Below, in pieces: positions 10,113-18,064 of a stretch of DNA of 64,000 bases. Source of the DNA: a virus; the IMG/VR virus record IMGVR_UViG_3300045988_179268, positions 224,001 to 288,000 of that record; one strand, given 5' to 3'. A program made the position numbers and the translations under genes. Numbering within the stretch: position 1 is the first letter of the stretch; every line of letters starts with the position of its first letter. The notes beneath the pieces are model-generated. The model was not told the origin of the DNA, searched no databases, and saw only the letters and a list, made by a program, of their open reading frames with translations.

Positions 10113-11960
10113 TTGTCTACTACCCCCAACGAAACCCCAGCAACCTTCGCCAGCGCAAAGCGTAAGGTGGCAGGCGCAGTCATGCTGTCCGTTCTCACCC
10201 TTGGTGGTGGCTTCGGTGGCGCGGCAATGCTCAACGTAGCACACGCCGCCGAGGTAGCATCCGCTACCGCAACCACCCAGGCACGCACTGAAAGCACCGT
10301 AAACCTCACCACTAAGGATTTCACTGGCGAGGCACCCAAGGAAACTATTCAGAACTACGTGAACTGGGTTGTTAATCAGGATAAGGTTTCCCCTTTCTCC
10401 GCCGACAACACCACCACCTATAAGGTTAATGTGGCTGACCTTGTTGGCAAGGGGCTCACCATCAAGCCTGGTACACTACAGCTTGGCATTGGTGCTTACG
10501 GTGGTGCAGAGACTAGCTTCGACCTGCCCCTCTATGGCGAGCAGGATACTGCAATCCCCCGCGCTACCACCCTCCAGTATGGTTACGGTGACGGCGCGCC
10601 AATCACCGTAACTGCTAACGCTGATGGAACCATCAGCATCCCCCGCCCGGACGATGCAAAGATGGACATTAACGTCCTCTACTCCGTCGAGGTAGAAGGC
10701 GGTAAGACTGTCACGCAGATGATTACCATTAAGGCACCAAAACCTACTGTTGAGGCAGGTACATTTAGCGCCTCCACCACTCTTGGTGAGCTTGGCACAA
10801 CCAAGGACGCACCTACCGAAGTTAAGGCGAACGAGTCCGGTAAGGTAACTTTCACCTACACTAACAACTCGAAGCTGACTGCAACCACCGCAACGGGTAG
10901 CCCGAAGGATGACCAGAAGATTCATCTGACTATTGCGCGCGACGGTAACAACATTGAGCTTCCTGTAGTTGAGATTGCGCCCGGCGAAACGAAGACCTTC
11001 TCTGTCGAGAATATTGCCGCTTCCAGCAAGTCGGGCGAGGTGACGGGAGCTGACTTCAAGCTAACTGAGGCTTTGCCCCAGAACATTGAGTACATCTCCG
11101 CACGCCCCTGTGACCACCTTGCGGCTTCACCTATCATTGCTCCGTCCACAACAGCAGACTTCTTGAAGCTGTTCACCAGCGGCAATCATGAGCGAGTCGC
11201 ACCTATCCTCCCTGATGGTGCTACCGTGAACCTTCACGACGCTAAGGCTCCCGCAGACTATATCGGAACTTACAAGCTTGGTGGCGCATGTGGCGATGAC
11301 ACCTATGAGAGCTACATTAACCCTTATGATGGTCAAGTGGGCATTGGCTTCGGTGGCAGGGGCGCGTCCAACTACTACGGCTGGAACGACGTTAAGCAGA
11401 ACGTAACCGATTACAGCGTCTACGTTAAGCCTGTCGAGGTTGCAGAGCCTACTCCTGAGCCTACTCCTACGACAACCCCGACTCCTGAGGTAACCCCGGA
11501 ACCCACCCCGTCTGAGACTCCTATCGAGACTCCGGCACCTACTCCCAGCGAGTCTGCTACCCCGCCTGCTCCTACTGTAGAGCCTTCGCCGTCTACTCCG
11601 GCTGAGTCTCCTACCCCTGAGCCGGTTCCGACTAGCCCGACTGCCGTTCCTTCGGTAGACCCGACACCGACCGCTACCACTCCGGTCCCTTCGGCAAGCC
11701 CGTCTGAACCTGCTATTGAGAAGCCTTCGGAGCCTGGCGTGAAGCCGAGTGAGCCTGCTAAGCCTGTTGAGGCTAAAACTGGTCACGAGTTCGACTCTGC
11801 TAAGCCGGTTCTTGGCGGCATCCTTGGTGCCCTGGCTCTTGGCGCTGTAGCTGGTCTTTGGATTTTCGGCAGGAAGAAGAAGGGCGAGGCTGTGAAGCCT
11901 GAGGCTACCACTTCCGAGACTGATACTGAGGCTACTACTGAGGGAACTGACTCTAAGTAG
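10113..11960 (+). CDS. secreted/surface-anchored protein with Pro/Thr-rich stalk
   Basis: TTG start after AGGAGAG. Signal-peptide-like N-terminus (VMLSVLTLGGGFGGAAMLNVAHA), long PTPEPTP-type linker, C-terminal hydrophobic helix followed by GRKKKGE. Confidence 0.8.
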   Translation: MSTTPNETPATFASAKRKVAGAVMLSVLTLGGGFGGAAMLNVAHAAEVASATATTQARTESTVNLTTKDFTGEAPKETIQNYVNWVVNQDKVSPFSADNTTTYKVNVADLVGKGLTIKPGTLQLGIGAYGGAETSFDLPLYGEQDTAIPRATTLQYGYGDGAPITVTANADGTISIPRPDDAKMDINVLYSVEVEGGKTVTQMITIKAPKPTVEAGTFSASTTLGELGTTKDAPTEVKANESGKVTFTYTNNSKLTATTATGSPKDDQKIHLTIARDGNNIELPVVEIAPGETKTFSVENIAASSKSGEVTGADFKLTEALPQNIEYISARPCDHLAASPIIAPSTTADFLKLFTSGNHERVAPILPDGATVNLHDAKAPADYIGTYKLGGACGDDTYESYINPYDGQVGIGFGGRGASNYYGWNDVKQNVTDYSVYVKPVEVAEPTPEPTPTTTPTPEVTPEPTPSETPIETPAPTPSESATPPAPTVEPSPSTPAESPTPEPVPTSPTAVPSVDPTPTATTPVPSASPSEPAIEKPSEPGVKPSEPAKPVEAKTGHEFDSAKPVLGGILGALALGAVAGLWIFGRKKKGEAVKPEATTSETDTEATTEGTDSK

Positions 11961-12175
11961 TAAGTGAAGGGCGACCTTCATTTGTCCACCTGCTGTTGCC
12001 GGGTGGCGGTTAGGTTAGATTTCCGCCCAGTGTCGCGGCGCTAGTTCTGCCTGGTCGCCACCTGGCGTAGGTGGCGGGTGTTGCGGTCTACATTGTAGGT
12101 TGGCTTTAGTAACTTACCTACGTTGCGACGATTTGTGTAGACCGCATGTGCATAATTTCATAAGACACCGTTCAT

Positions 12176-12246
12176 AGGGGCTGAGTGTAATGTTAGGTTC
12201 TCACTGTTTATTGATTATCTAACACATACACTCAGCCCCTATTTTT
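12176..12246 (+). terminator. rho-independent terminator
   Basis: Long stem AGGGGCTGAGTGT..ACACTCAGCCCCT followed by ATTTTT, downstream of the surface protein gene. Confidence 0.75.
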
Positions 12247-12450
12247 GTGCGCACAATATATATCCAGGTGTATTAAACATGTGTGATAGAGATAACATGA
12301 CCGCACCTTCTAGATGGGTGTTTGTCCTGCATGGAGGGCGTATAATGAAAACGCCTGTGAGTATGCTGAAATTATGTATCTCCGCGCATTTTTGAGGTAC
12401 AATATACCTGGAACATCATTTATTTTCCGTCTATAGAAAGGAAGTGTCTT

Positions 12451-13437
12451 ATGGTGCGTAAGAAAAAGGAACAGTCGCAAGAAGATACCCTGCATGTTGA
12501 GCTTACCCCCGCCCGTAAGCTCAGGCAAGAAATCGCACAAAGCAACGCCTTACTGATTTATTCCCGACTAGGTTGGGGTGGTATTGGTCTACCCAAAAAC
12601 AATACGCCGCCTGTAGGTTCGCTAACCTTACAAAACGCCATCGTCCAGTACTACAACACTGTCACCAGTGCAACGACCTTAACGGACATAGAGCGAGCCT
12701 ACGCAGACCTACACCGTGAAACTGAGAACGCACTATATGAGCATTATCAGCACAGCGGCGTAACGAAAGAGGAACTGGCAAGCATCGCATCTGGAGAGAG
12801 GATTCTACAAATCATGACCGCTATCGACAAGAACGTAGGTTCTGACCCGACCATCAGTGAAGCTTTAGACACTGTTATTACCATGCGCAAAGCATTAGGT
12901 AACAGCGCCCTACCCATTATGGCGACCATCACTGACGCTAAACTCCTAGAAGCTGACATTAAGAACCTCAGTGACCGTATCGACTCCAACCTACGTGAAG
13001 AGAAGAGGCTCACCAATAAGGCGACGCTCAGTAACGAAGAGAAGAATCAGCTTGAGGTAATCCGCAAGACACTAACCCTTGACGCAATGCAAATCCGCGA
13101 TAAGGAACACCGCCTCAAGAACAACATCTCCATTCAAGACGGTTACCGTAACCTTATTGACGCGAAATCTGAACTCATCGACAAGGAAGAAGCCGCCCTC
13201 CTAAGCCTGCAAACCTATAAGCAGTACGAAAGCGACCAGGAACAGCTACAGCGAATCAGCCTCGCCCTGAACATGGGTGACAACACTGTAGACGGGCTAG
13301 ACTCGGCTGTGAACGCCGCAAGAGCAAGACTGCAAGCATGGGACGAGGTACGCAACAGCAGTATTGACGAAGCGAACAAAGAGTTTGCCATGATTGAAGC
13401 TGGTAACTACCTAGACGAACGCCGCCGCAACCTCTAA
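12451..13437 (+). CDS. hypothetical coiled-coil protein
   Basis: Long ORF with RBS GAAAGGAAG. Sequence is rich in heptad-like E/K/L/Q stretches. Confidence 0.75.
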   Translation: MVRKKKEQSQEDTLHVELTPARKLRQEIAQSNALLIYSRLGWGGIGLPKNNTPPVGSLTLQNAIVQYYNTVTSATTLTDIERAYADLHRETENALYEHYQHSGVTKEELASIASGERILQIMTAIDKNVGSDPTISEALDTVITMRKALGNSALPIMATITDAKLLEADIKNLSDRIDSNLREEKRLTNKATLSNEEKNQLEVIRKTLTLDAMQIRDKEHRLKNNISIQDGYRNLIDAKSELIDKEEAALLSLQTYKQYESDQEQLQRISLALNMGDNTVDGLDSAVNAARARLQAWDEVRNSSIDEANKEFAMIEAGNYLDERRRNL

Positions 13438-13525
13438 ACAACCAAACCTACTGGTGGGTGCCCGCACATACTTATATGATATGCGGGTGCCCACCACACA
13501 AACAGCCGCATGAAAGGTGGTGACA

Positions 13526-14287
13526 ATGACCAACGAAGAACCAAAAATTACCTTTGAAAGCATCCTGCAAAACTGGAACGCACATTATAACCCTATCGCT
13601 AAGGCGCAGACACAACAGCCCATTAAGGCATTAGAGTTAAGCGCCACCATGCGTAACCCCCAAACACCGGCAGGCACATACCCCGCGTTCGAAACCTACC
13701 TTGGTGTTGATGTACTCGAAAAGAAATGTCAGCTTAGACAAGAGAAGCGGCGAAAGCGTAAGGAAATCAGAGGGAAACTCTTTGACTTCCTGAAAGTTGT
13801 CATCACTATACTGCTTGTAGGTGGCGCAATCATCGGCGGTTTCATGTTCTTCAAGCCCAGCACCCCACAGAACACTAGCAATGGTGATATTCAAAACGTC
13901 CCTCAGGCGGCAGAAACCATTACAATAGCATCACCGACCACCACCACCTCGGCGGCACCCACCCCGACAGCGGTACCCGAAGGAACCGTAACGCCCACAG
14001 CGGACGCCACACCAGAACAGAAACACTGCCTTACCACCCCAACCAAATCTCCATTCTTGGACGGTAACGGTGCGTTACACTATGGAAAAGGCACTGGACA
14101 TGATTCATACTATGTTCCCGCCAATGAGGACTGTGGTGTGCGATACACGGCAGAGGACGGAAGTAGCTACCATGAAGAGGACGACAACTCAGTAGGTAAA
14201 GAGATTGCCAAAGCTATCCTCCTCATTGTGAGTGTAGCTATAGGCATGATTCTTCTCGTGATGTTCATTGCCATCCTCGCCATCTAG
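13526..14287 (+). CDS. membrane protein, paralog A
   Basis: ATG 13526 after AAAGGTGG. Shares RNPxTPxGTYPAFExxLGVxxLEKK, a TM helix, a T/P-rich linker and YYVPxNEDCGVRYT with the next gene. Has a second C-terminal TM helix. Confidence 0.75.
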   Translation: MTNEEPKITFESILQNWNAHYNPIAKAQTQQPIKALELSATMRNPQTPAGTYPAFETYLGVDVLEKKCQLRQEKRRKRKEIRGKLFDFLKVVITILLVGGAIIGGFMFFKPSTPQNTSNGDIQNVPQAAETITIASPTTTTSAAPTPTAVPEGTVTPTADATPEQKHCLTTPTKSPFLDGNGALHYGKGTGHDSYYVPANEDCGVRYTAEDGSSYHEEDDNSVGKEIAKAILLIVSVAIGMILLVMFIAILAI

Positions 14288-14395
14288 ACGACCTCCAAAA
14301 AGAAACCCATATTGCGACTGGGTGCCTAGCACTATAAGTAGTGCAGGTACCCAGTCGCAATAACCTACAAGAAAGAAAGGTAGGACAAGAAACCA

Positions 14396-15106
14396 ATGCC
14401 CAGTAAGAGCAATAAGCGACTAGCCGGTGATACCACTAAAAGCTGTATCAGCCACGGTAACACCAAATCGTTAAACGCCGCTACCCGCAACCCTGCAACT
14501 CCGACAGGAACATACCCAGCATTTGAGAGTCACCTCGGGGTTACTGCGCTTGAAAAGAAACATGAACACAAACAAGCTAAACAGCATAAGTGGGTAGCCC
14601 GCAAAGAAAGCATCTCACTACTCCTCAAAACCGTAGTGCCCGTATTCCTTGTAACCGGGGTACTACTTGGTGGCATTATGCTCTTCGCTGGCAACACTCC
14701 ACGAACCAACACTGATAATCAAGCCACTGTTAGTGCCCAGATGACCGCAACACCTCAACCTACCGCCACTCCCACCCCCGAAGCAACAGCAAAGCCAACC
14801 CCAACAAAAACATCTACCGCCTTTATTCAGAAATTGTGTTCCACCACCCCCACGGCAACCCCTTACAGGGACAGCAACGGAGTTATGCAACACCCGGCGG
14901 GTTCAGGAAGAGACGCATACTATGTTCCCTTCAACGAGGACTGTGGCGTGCGATATACGCAAGCGAAGACTGATAAGCCTGCCTCCTCATCAAGCCTGGG
15001 TGACTACCCTATCCTCTTCATCCCTCTCGTTATCGCAATAATGCTAATCGGTGGCGGCGGAATCGCCATAATGGTTGAGAAAACCATGCAAAATTTAACT
15101 AGCTAA
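14396..15106 (+). CDS. membrane protein, paralog B
   Basis: Same architecture and motifs as 13526..14287. RBS is AAAGGTAGGA. Confidence 0.75.
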   Translation: MPSKSNKRLAGDTTKSCISHGNTKSLNAATRNPATPTGTYPAFESHLGVTALEKKHEHKQAKQHKWVARKESISLLLKTVVPVFLVTGVLLGGIMLFAGNTPRTNTDNQATVSAQMTATPQPTATPTPEATAKPTPTKTSTAFIQKLCSTTPTATPYRDSNGVMQHPAGSGRDAYYVPFNEDCGVRYTQAKTDKPASSSSLGDYPILFIPLVIAIMLIGGGGIAIMVEKTMQNLTS

Positions 15107-15136
15107 CCCCACTCTTGAAGCAAAGGAGAAGTTACT

Positions 15137-15346
15137 ATGAACATGAACGACCTTAAAGAAAAGCTTCCCGATGGAATTTTAGGCAAGTTGCTGTGGCTTG
15201 CCACCATGCTTGTCATTGTCGTTATCGCTTTCCAGCTTGTAAAGGTATTGGCGTACATTCTGAGTATCGTGTTATTGGGTGCGTCTGCTTATCTTCTCTA
15301 CGATTCATGCCGCAAGCTCAAGAAAATGAACTCAGACAAGCATTAG
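15137..15346 (+). CDS. small two-helix membrane protein
   Basis: RBS AAGGAGAAG. Hydrophobic segments LLWLATMLVIVVIAFQLV and LAYILSIVLLGASAYLL. Confidence 0.65.
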   Translation: MNMNDLKEKLPDGILGKLLWLATMLVIVVIAFQLVKVLAYILSIVLLGASAYLLYDSCRKLKKMNSDKH

Positions 15347-15490
15347 CTTCCAATGGAGCCAGGTTAGCACCCATAATTGGGTGGCTAAGTGAAGAATCAA
15401 CATGGGAAAGACATACTCATTAAGGTTCTTTACTTAGTCACCCTTCTTAATACCTTATGCGGCATGTGTGACATGTCACAAAAACTAGGC

Positions 15491-15520
15491 TTGTGCAGTA
15501 GTAAAAATATGTGGTACACT
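15491..15520 (+). promoter_or_regulatory. promoter (TTGTGC -35, ATATGTGGTACACT)
   Basis: Consensus copy upstream of 15586..15996. Confidence 0.6.
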
Positions 15521-15585
15521 TTTTGTAGCAAGTGAAGGGAAAGCCTTCACAGAGAATCAATGCAATCTACCGAAAGGTGCCCACA

Positions 15586-15996
15586 ATGACCAAGCAGACC
15601 ACCGAAACCCCCAAGGTAATCAAGCTCACCGACGAATGGGGCGACCCTCTCATCGACGGAGACGGAAACCTCCTCGTACCCAAGGAAATTAAGGTAGGCG
15701 CAACCATCAAATTCGACACTTTCCGCAACGATGGTACCCGCGTAACCTCAACCCGCTTCATCACCGGCGGCAACAGTACCCGCCTCACCATTAAGGATTA
15801 CACCGGAAAGCCCGACGGCACCCTCAACGTAATCCAGTGCAACCGCGAATGCTTCACCTGCTGGGAAGACACTGACGACGAACTCCACAGCGAAGAAAAC
15901 TGCACCGGAGCCGTAACCTTCGACGGACTCGAATACATCAACGGTCAGGACATGAACTTCGGACAGGCACTCAATATCACTGTAACCAACCCCTAA
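15586..15996 (+). CDS. hypothetical protein
   Basis: Track ORF 15532..15996. I moved the start to ATG 15586 because the -10 of the promoter (15515-15520) lies only 12 nt before 15532. Confidence 0.7.
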   Translation: MTKQTTETPKVIKLTDEWGDPLIDGDGNLLVPKEIKVGATIKFDTFRNDGTRVTSTRFITGGNSTRLTIKDYTGKPDGTLNVIQCNRECFTCWEDTDDELHSEENCTGAVTFDGLEYINGQDMNFGQALNITVTNP

Positions 15997-16021
15997 ATAC
16001 AGGGACTTTGCTTACACGTAA

Positions 16022-16036
16022 GATGTGTGCTACACT
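16022..16036 (+). promoter_or_regulatory. extended -10 promoter variant (GATGTGTGCTACACT)
   Basis: Matches the window-wide motif TGnTACACT and lies about 10 nt upstream of scaffold copy S1. Confidence 0.55.
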
Positions 16037-16046
16037 AAAAATATCA

Positions 16047-16189
16047 CACCTCGCCTGTGAGAGACGGGAGAGGTGGATAATCTAAACGGATAGGTGGCAT
16101 CGGTTACCTGTCAAGACCAGGATAACTGGCATCAGACAGTTTGAGGGTCACCGTTAAGGAAAATCCTTAACTCATCTACCGAATGACTC
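16047..16189 (+). ncRNA. scaffold RNA module S1
   Basis: Full copy: hairpin 1 CACCTCGCC..GGGAGAGGTG, AATCTAAACGG, GTCAAGACCAGGA, TGAGGGTCACCGT, hairpin TAAGGA/TCCTTA, terminal ..GAATGACTC. Confidence 0.75.
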
Positions 16190-16232
16190 TGGGTAATACG
16201 GATTAGCGGGGTAATCACCCTTGCCAGGAAGC

Positions 16233-16333
16233 GTATTCTCCGTACACGCGGGGATGACTCCGGTTTCTGCCCCGTAAATGGGTTAGCCTCATGGCACGCC
16301 GCATCGTATTCTCCGTACACGCGGGGATGACTC
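16233..16333 (+). CRISPR. mini-array: two identical 28-nt type I-E-like repeats
   Basis: GTATTCTCCGTACACGCGGGGATGACTC at 16233-16260 and 16306-16333. It forms a 7-bp stem TCTCCGT/GCGGGGA with a 4-nt loop. The spacer between the two repeats is 45 nt; 43 nt separate the S1 end from the first repeat. Confidence 0.75.
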
Positions 16334-16447
16334 TATAAACGGGTGGGCAACATTCGTGTCGCACGTCAAGACCAGGAGAGTTAGGTAACTAGCTTGAGGG
16401 TCACCGCCTAGTGAAACACTAGACCCACCCCGCGCAGGGGATGGCTC
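16334..16447 (+). ncRNA. scaffold RNA module S2 (hairpin 1 replaced by a CRISPR repeat)
   Basis: Starts TATAAACGGG directly after repeat 16306-16333. Carries GTCAAGACCAGGA, TGAGGGTCACCG and CTAGTG/CACTAG, and ends GCGCAGGGGATGGCTC. Confidence 0.7.
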
Positions 16448-16485
16448 CCCGAGTCAGCAACAGGCAACCCAGACATCTTAACCGC

Positions 16486-16568
16486 GTTCCCTATATACGC
16501 GGGATGACTCACAGGCTCACCCTCACATACTCGCTGGGTGGATTCTCCAACATACGTAGGGCTGGCTC
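16486..16568 (+). CRISPR. two degenerate repeats after S2
   Basis: GTTCCCTATATACGCGGGATGACTC (16486-16510) and GATTCTCCAACATACGTAGGGCTGGCTC (16541-16568). Spacers are 38 and 30 nt. Confidence 0.55.
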
Positions 16569-16604
16569 ATACCAGGTGTGTGACACAGATAACACAAAAT
16601 CAGG

Positions 16605-16634
16605 TTGCGTACCATGAAAAACATGTGGTACACT
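16605..16634 (+). promoter_or_regulatory. promoter (TTGCGT -35, TGGTACACT extended -10)
   Basis: -35/-10 spacing is about 18 nt. Homologous promoters sit at 17288, 18203 and 19933. Confidence 0.65.
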
Positions 16635-16718
16635 TGATATATAAGGCGCGGGGGTTTGAGAAAGCCGCCAATGCAAAGCTCATTGATAACTATATAGGGT
16701 AAAAACTATTGAACATAA
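16635..16718 (+). ncRNA. conserved leader L1 upstream of tRNA-Tyr
   Basis: About 84 nt between the promoter and the tRNA, homologous to 18233-18314 (shared ..GCAAAAGCTCATTGA.AAC..TATAG.GTAAA..). Confidence 0.3.
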
Positions 16719-16802
16719 GCCGCAGTGCCTGAGTTTGGAAAAAGGGGCTGACTGTAAATTAGCTGTCGTTCGACTACGGGGGTTCAAATCCCTCCTGCGG
16801 CA
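16719..16802 (+). tRNA. tRNA-Tyr (GTA)
   Basis: Acceptor GCCGCAG/CTGCGGC, anticodon arm GCTGA-CTGTAAA-TTAGC, long variable arm, T arm GGGGG-TTCAAAT-CCCTC. No encoded CCA. Confidence 0.85.
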
Positions 16803-16833
16803 CGCAACACATCATTAAGATGTGTTCTATATA

Positions 16834-16970
16834 CCTCGCCTGTTGGTGAGATGGGAGAGGTAGTAAAAATAAACGGGTAGGCAACAGTGTTTGTCACGCC
16901 AAAACCTGAAAAGCAGGTTATAGCCACAGGGCAATCTGGGCGCTCCTTGACCGTGCAACAAGGGGTCACC
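16834..16970 (+). ncRNA. divergent scaffold-like module S3
   Basis: Keeps hairpin 1 (CCTCGCCTG..GGGAGAGG), AAATAAACGGG and GGGGTCACC, but the middle differs and no repeat follows. Confidence 0.45.
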
Positions 16971-17030
16971 AAAAATCAAAGCACGGGTATGTTCAACACG
17001 TCAGCATAATTGAGTGCTGTGACCTCGACC

Positions 17031-17174
17031 TGCGAGGGGCGGGGAGGTCGAAAAAATAAATGGGCAGGCGGCTACCAGCTATCCTGTCAAGACCAGGAAG
17101 GCTGACGACAGTCAGCTGGAGGGTTACCGTCTAGTGAAACGCTAGACCCAACTCATATAGAGGAAATCCGGCTC
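17031..17174 (+). ncRNA. scaffold RNA module S4
   Basis: Hairpin 1 GACCTC..GAGGTC, AAATAAATGGG, GTCAAGACCAGGA, GGCTGAC/GTCAGCT, GGAGGGTTACCGT, CTAGTG/CGCTAG. Ends ..CCGGCTC. Confidence 0.7.
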
Positions 17175-17190
17175 AGTATATATCAGGGGT

Positions 17191-17260
17191 CACTTTCCCA
17201 TACACGCGAGGATGGCTCCATAGCGGGATGGTTGAAACCTCCCTACATGCGGGATGGCTC
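17191..17260 (+). CRISPR. two degenerate repeats after S4
   Basis: CACTTTCCCATACACGCGAGGATGGCTC (17191-17218) and CCTCCCTACATGCGGGATGGCTC (17238-17260). Intervening segments are short (16 and 19 nt). Confidence 0.5.
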
Positions 17261-17287
17261 CCGCAACAAAATAATACGAAACCAGGC

Positions 17288-17316
17288 TTGCAAACCACAA
17301 AAACATGTGGTACACT
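17288..17316 (+). promoter_or_regulatory. promoter (TTGCAA-17 nt-TACACT with TGG extension)
   Basis: CTTGCAAACCACAAAAACATGTGGTACACT. The -10 hexamer ends 11 nt before the first base of tRNA(UCA). Confidence 0.7.
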
Positions 17317-17327
17317 GGTTTACATAG

Positions 17328-17398
17328 GCCCATCTAGCTTAATGTAAAGCAACAGTCTTCAAAACTGTGAGATGTCGGTTCAAGTCCGGCGGTGGGTG
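17328..17398 (+). tRNA. tRNA with anticodon TCA (UGA-decoding; suppressor or reassignment tRNA)
   Basis: Acceptor GCCCATC/GGTGGGT (two G-U pairs), D arm GCTT-AATGTA-AAGC (short loop with no GG), anticodon arm ACAGT-CTTCAAA-ACTGT, variable GAGAT, T arm GTCGG-TTCAAGT-CCGGC. 71 nt. Confidence 0.7.
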
Positions 17399-17447
17399 CT
17401 TGCAAGTAACAAAACCGGAGTTCTAGCCGAAAGTGGCGTAACTTGCG

Positions 17448-17529
17448 GCGTGTAATGACCACGAAGGCAAGTGGCGAGCCCAGTTAGAATGGGCACGTAA
17501 TAGTAGGGGTCGGTTCCCTTCTACACGCT
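17448..17529 (+). tRNA. non-canonical tRNA-like element (anticodon-like loop GTTAGAA)
   Basis: Perfect 7-bp acceptor GCGTGTA/TACACGC, hairpin GCCCA-GTTAGAA-TGGGC, T-like arm AGGG-GTCGGTT-CCCT. The D region and junctions do not fit a standard cloverleaf. Confidence 0.3.
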
Positions 17530-17534
17530 CTACA

Positions 17535-17674
17535 CTCCTCGTCTGCGAGAGATTGGGAGAGGAGGATAATAAAAACGGGCGCTAACCGCGTCAAGACCAG
17601 GAAAGCCAACGATAGTCAGCTTGAGGGTCACCGTCTAGTGAAACACTAGACCCAGCCCACGTAAGGGGCGGCTC
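17535..17674 (+). ncRNA. scaffold RNA module S5
   Basis: Full copy ending ACGTAAGGGGCGGCTC. It is fused directly to a 5'-truncated tRNA-like sequence. Confidence 0.7.
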
Positions 17675-17728
17675 AAGAGCAGTGCTTTTACACAGCAAAG
17701 GTCGTGGGTTCAAATCCCTCACGAACCA
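17671..17728 (+). pseudogene. 5'-truncated tRNA-like fragment (Val TAC-like)
   Basis: GCTC-AA-GAGC, then TGCT-TTTACAC-AGCA, then GGTCGTGGGTTCAAATCCCTCACGA. No 5' acceptor strand is present. Its D-stem GCTC is the last 4 nt of S5. Confidence 0.35.
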
Positions 17729-17756
17729 CACTTGGTACCCTTTTATAGGGCATCAA

Positions 17757-17829
17757 GTCTCTTTAGCTCAGATAGTAGAGCGCCCGCCTGAAGAGCGGGA
17801 GGTCGCCAGTGCAAGCCTGGCAGGAGACA
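17757..17829 (+). tRNA. tRNA-Phe (GAA)
   Basis: Acceptor GTCTCTT/AGGAGAC, D arm GCTC-AGATAGTA-GAGC, anticodon arm CCCGC-CTGAAGA-GCGGG, T arm GCCAG-TGCAAGC-CTGGC. Confidence 0.85.
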
Positions 17830-17862
17830 CGTAAGCCCACCTATTTTTTCGGTGGTGCATTA

Positions 17863-18004
17863 CCTCTCGCCTGTGAGAGACGGGAGAGAGTGAAAACGGA
17901 CGGGCGGCTTCGGTTGCCTGTCAAGACCAGGAGAATTAACTTCGGTTAATTTGAGGGTTACCGTCTAGTAAAATACTTAGACCCACCCATGTATGGGAAG
18001 GCTC
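17863..18004 (+). ncRNA. scaffold RNA module S6
   Basis: Full copy with hairpins ATTAAC/GTTAAT and CTAGTA/TACTTAG. Ends ATGTATGGGAAGGCTC. Confidence 0.7.
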
Positions 18005-18037
18005 ATCCAGTCTACAGCTAAGAAAGCGCGCGGTGCA

Positions 18038-18064
18038 GTATTTCTTATATACACGGGATGGCTC
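18038..18064 (+). CRISPR. single degenerate repeat, 33 nt after S6
   Basis: GTATTTCTTATATACACGGGATGGCTC. The spacer 18005-18037 is exactly 33 nt. Confidence 0.55.

Noticed and set aside
11127-11981. 284-aa minus-strand ORF antisense to the surface-protein gene, plus 11420..11680(-)
   Set aside because: They are Arg/Ser-rich translations of the complement of the Pro/Thr-rich repeat. The sense ORF has a signal peptide, an RBS and an anchor.
17328-17398. tRNA-Sec, with the hairpin at 1299-1336 as a SECIS element
   Set aside because: The tRNA is 71 nt with a 5-nt variable loop and a 7/5 acceptor/T arrangement, not the long Sec-type. No selA/selB/selD-like genes are seen. The hairpin position alone is not diagnostic.
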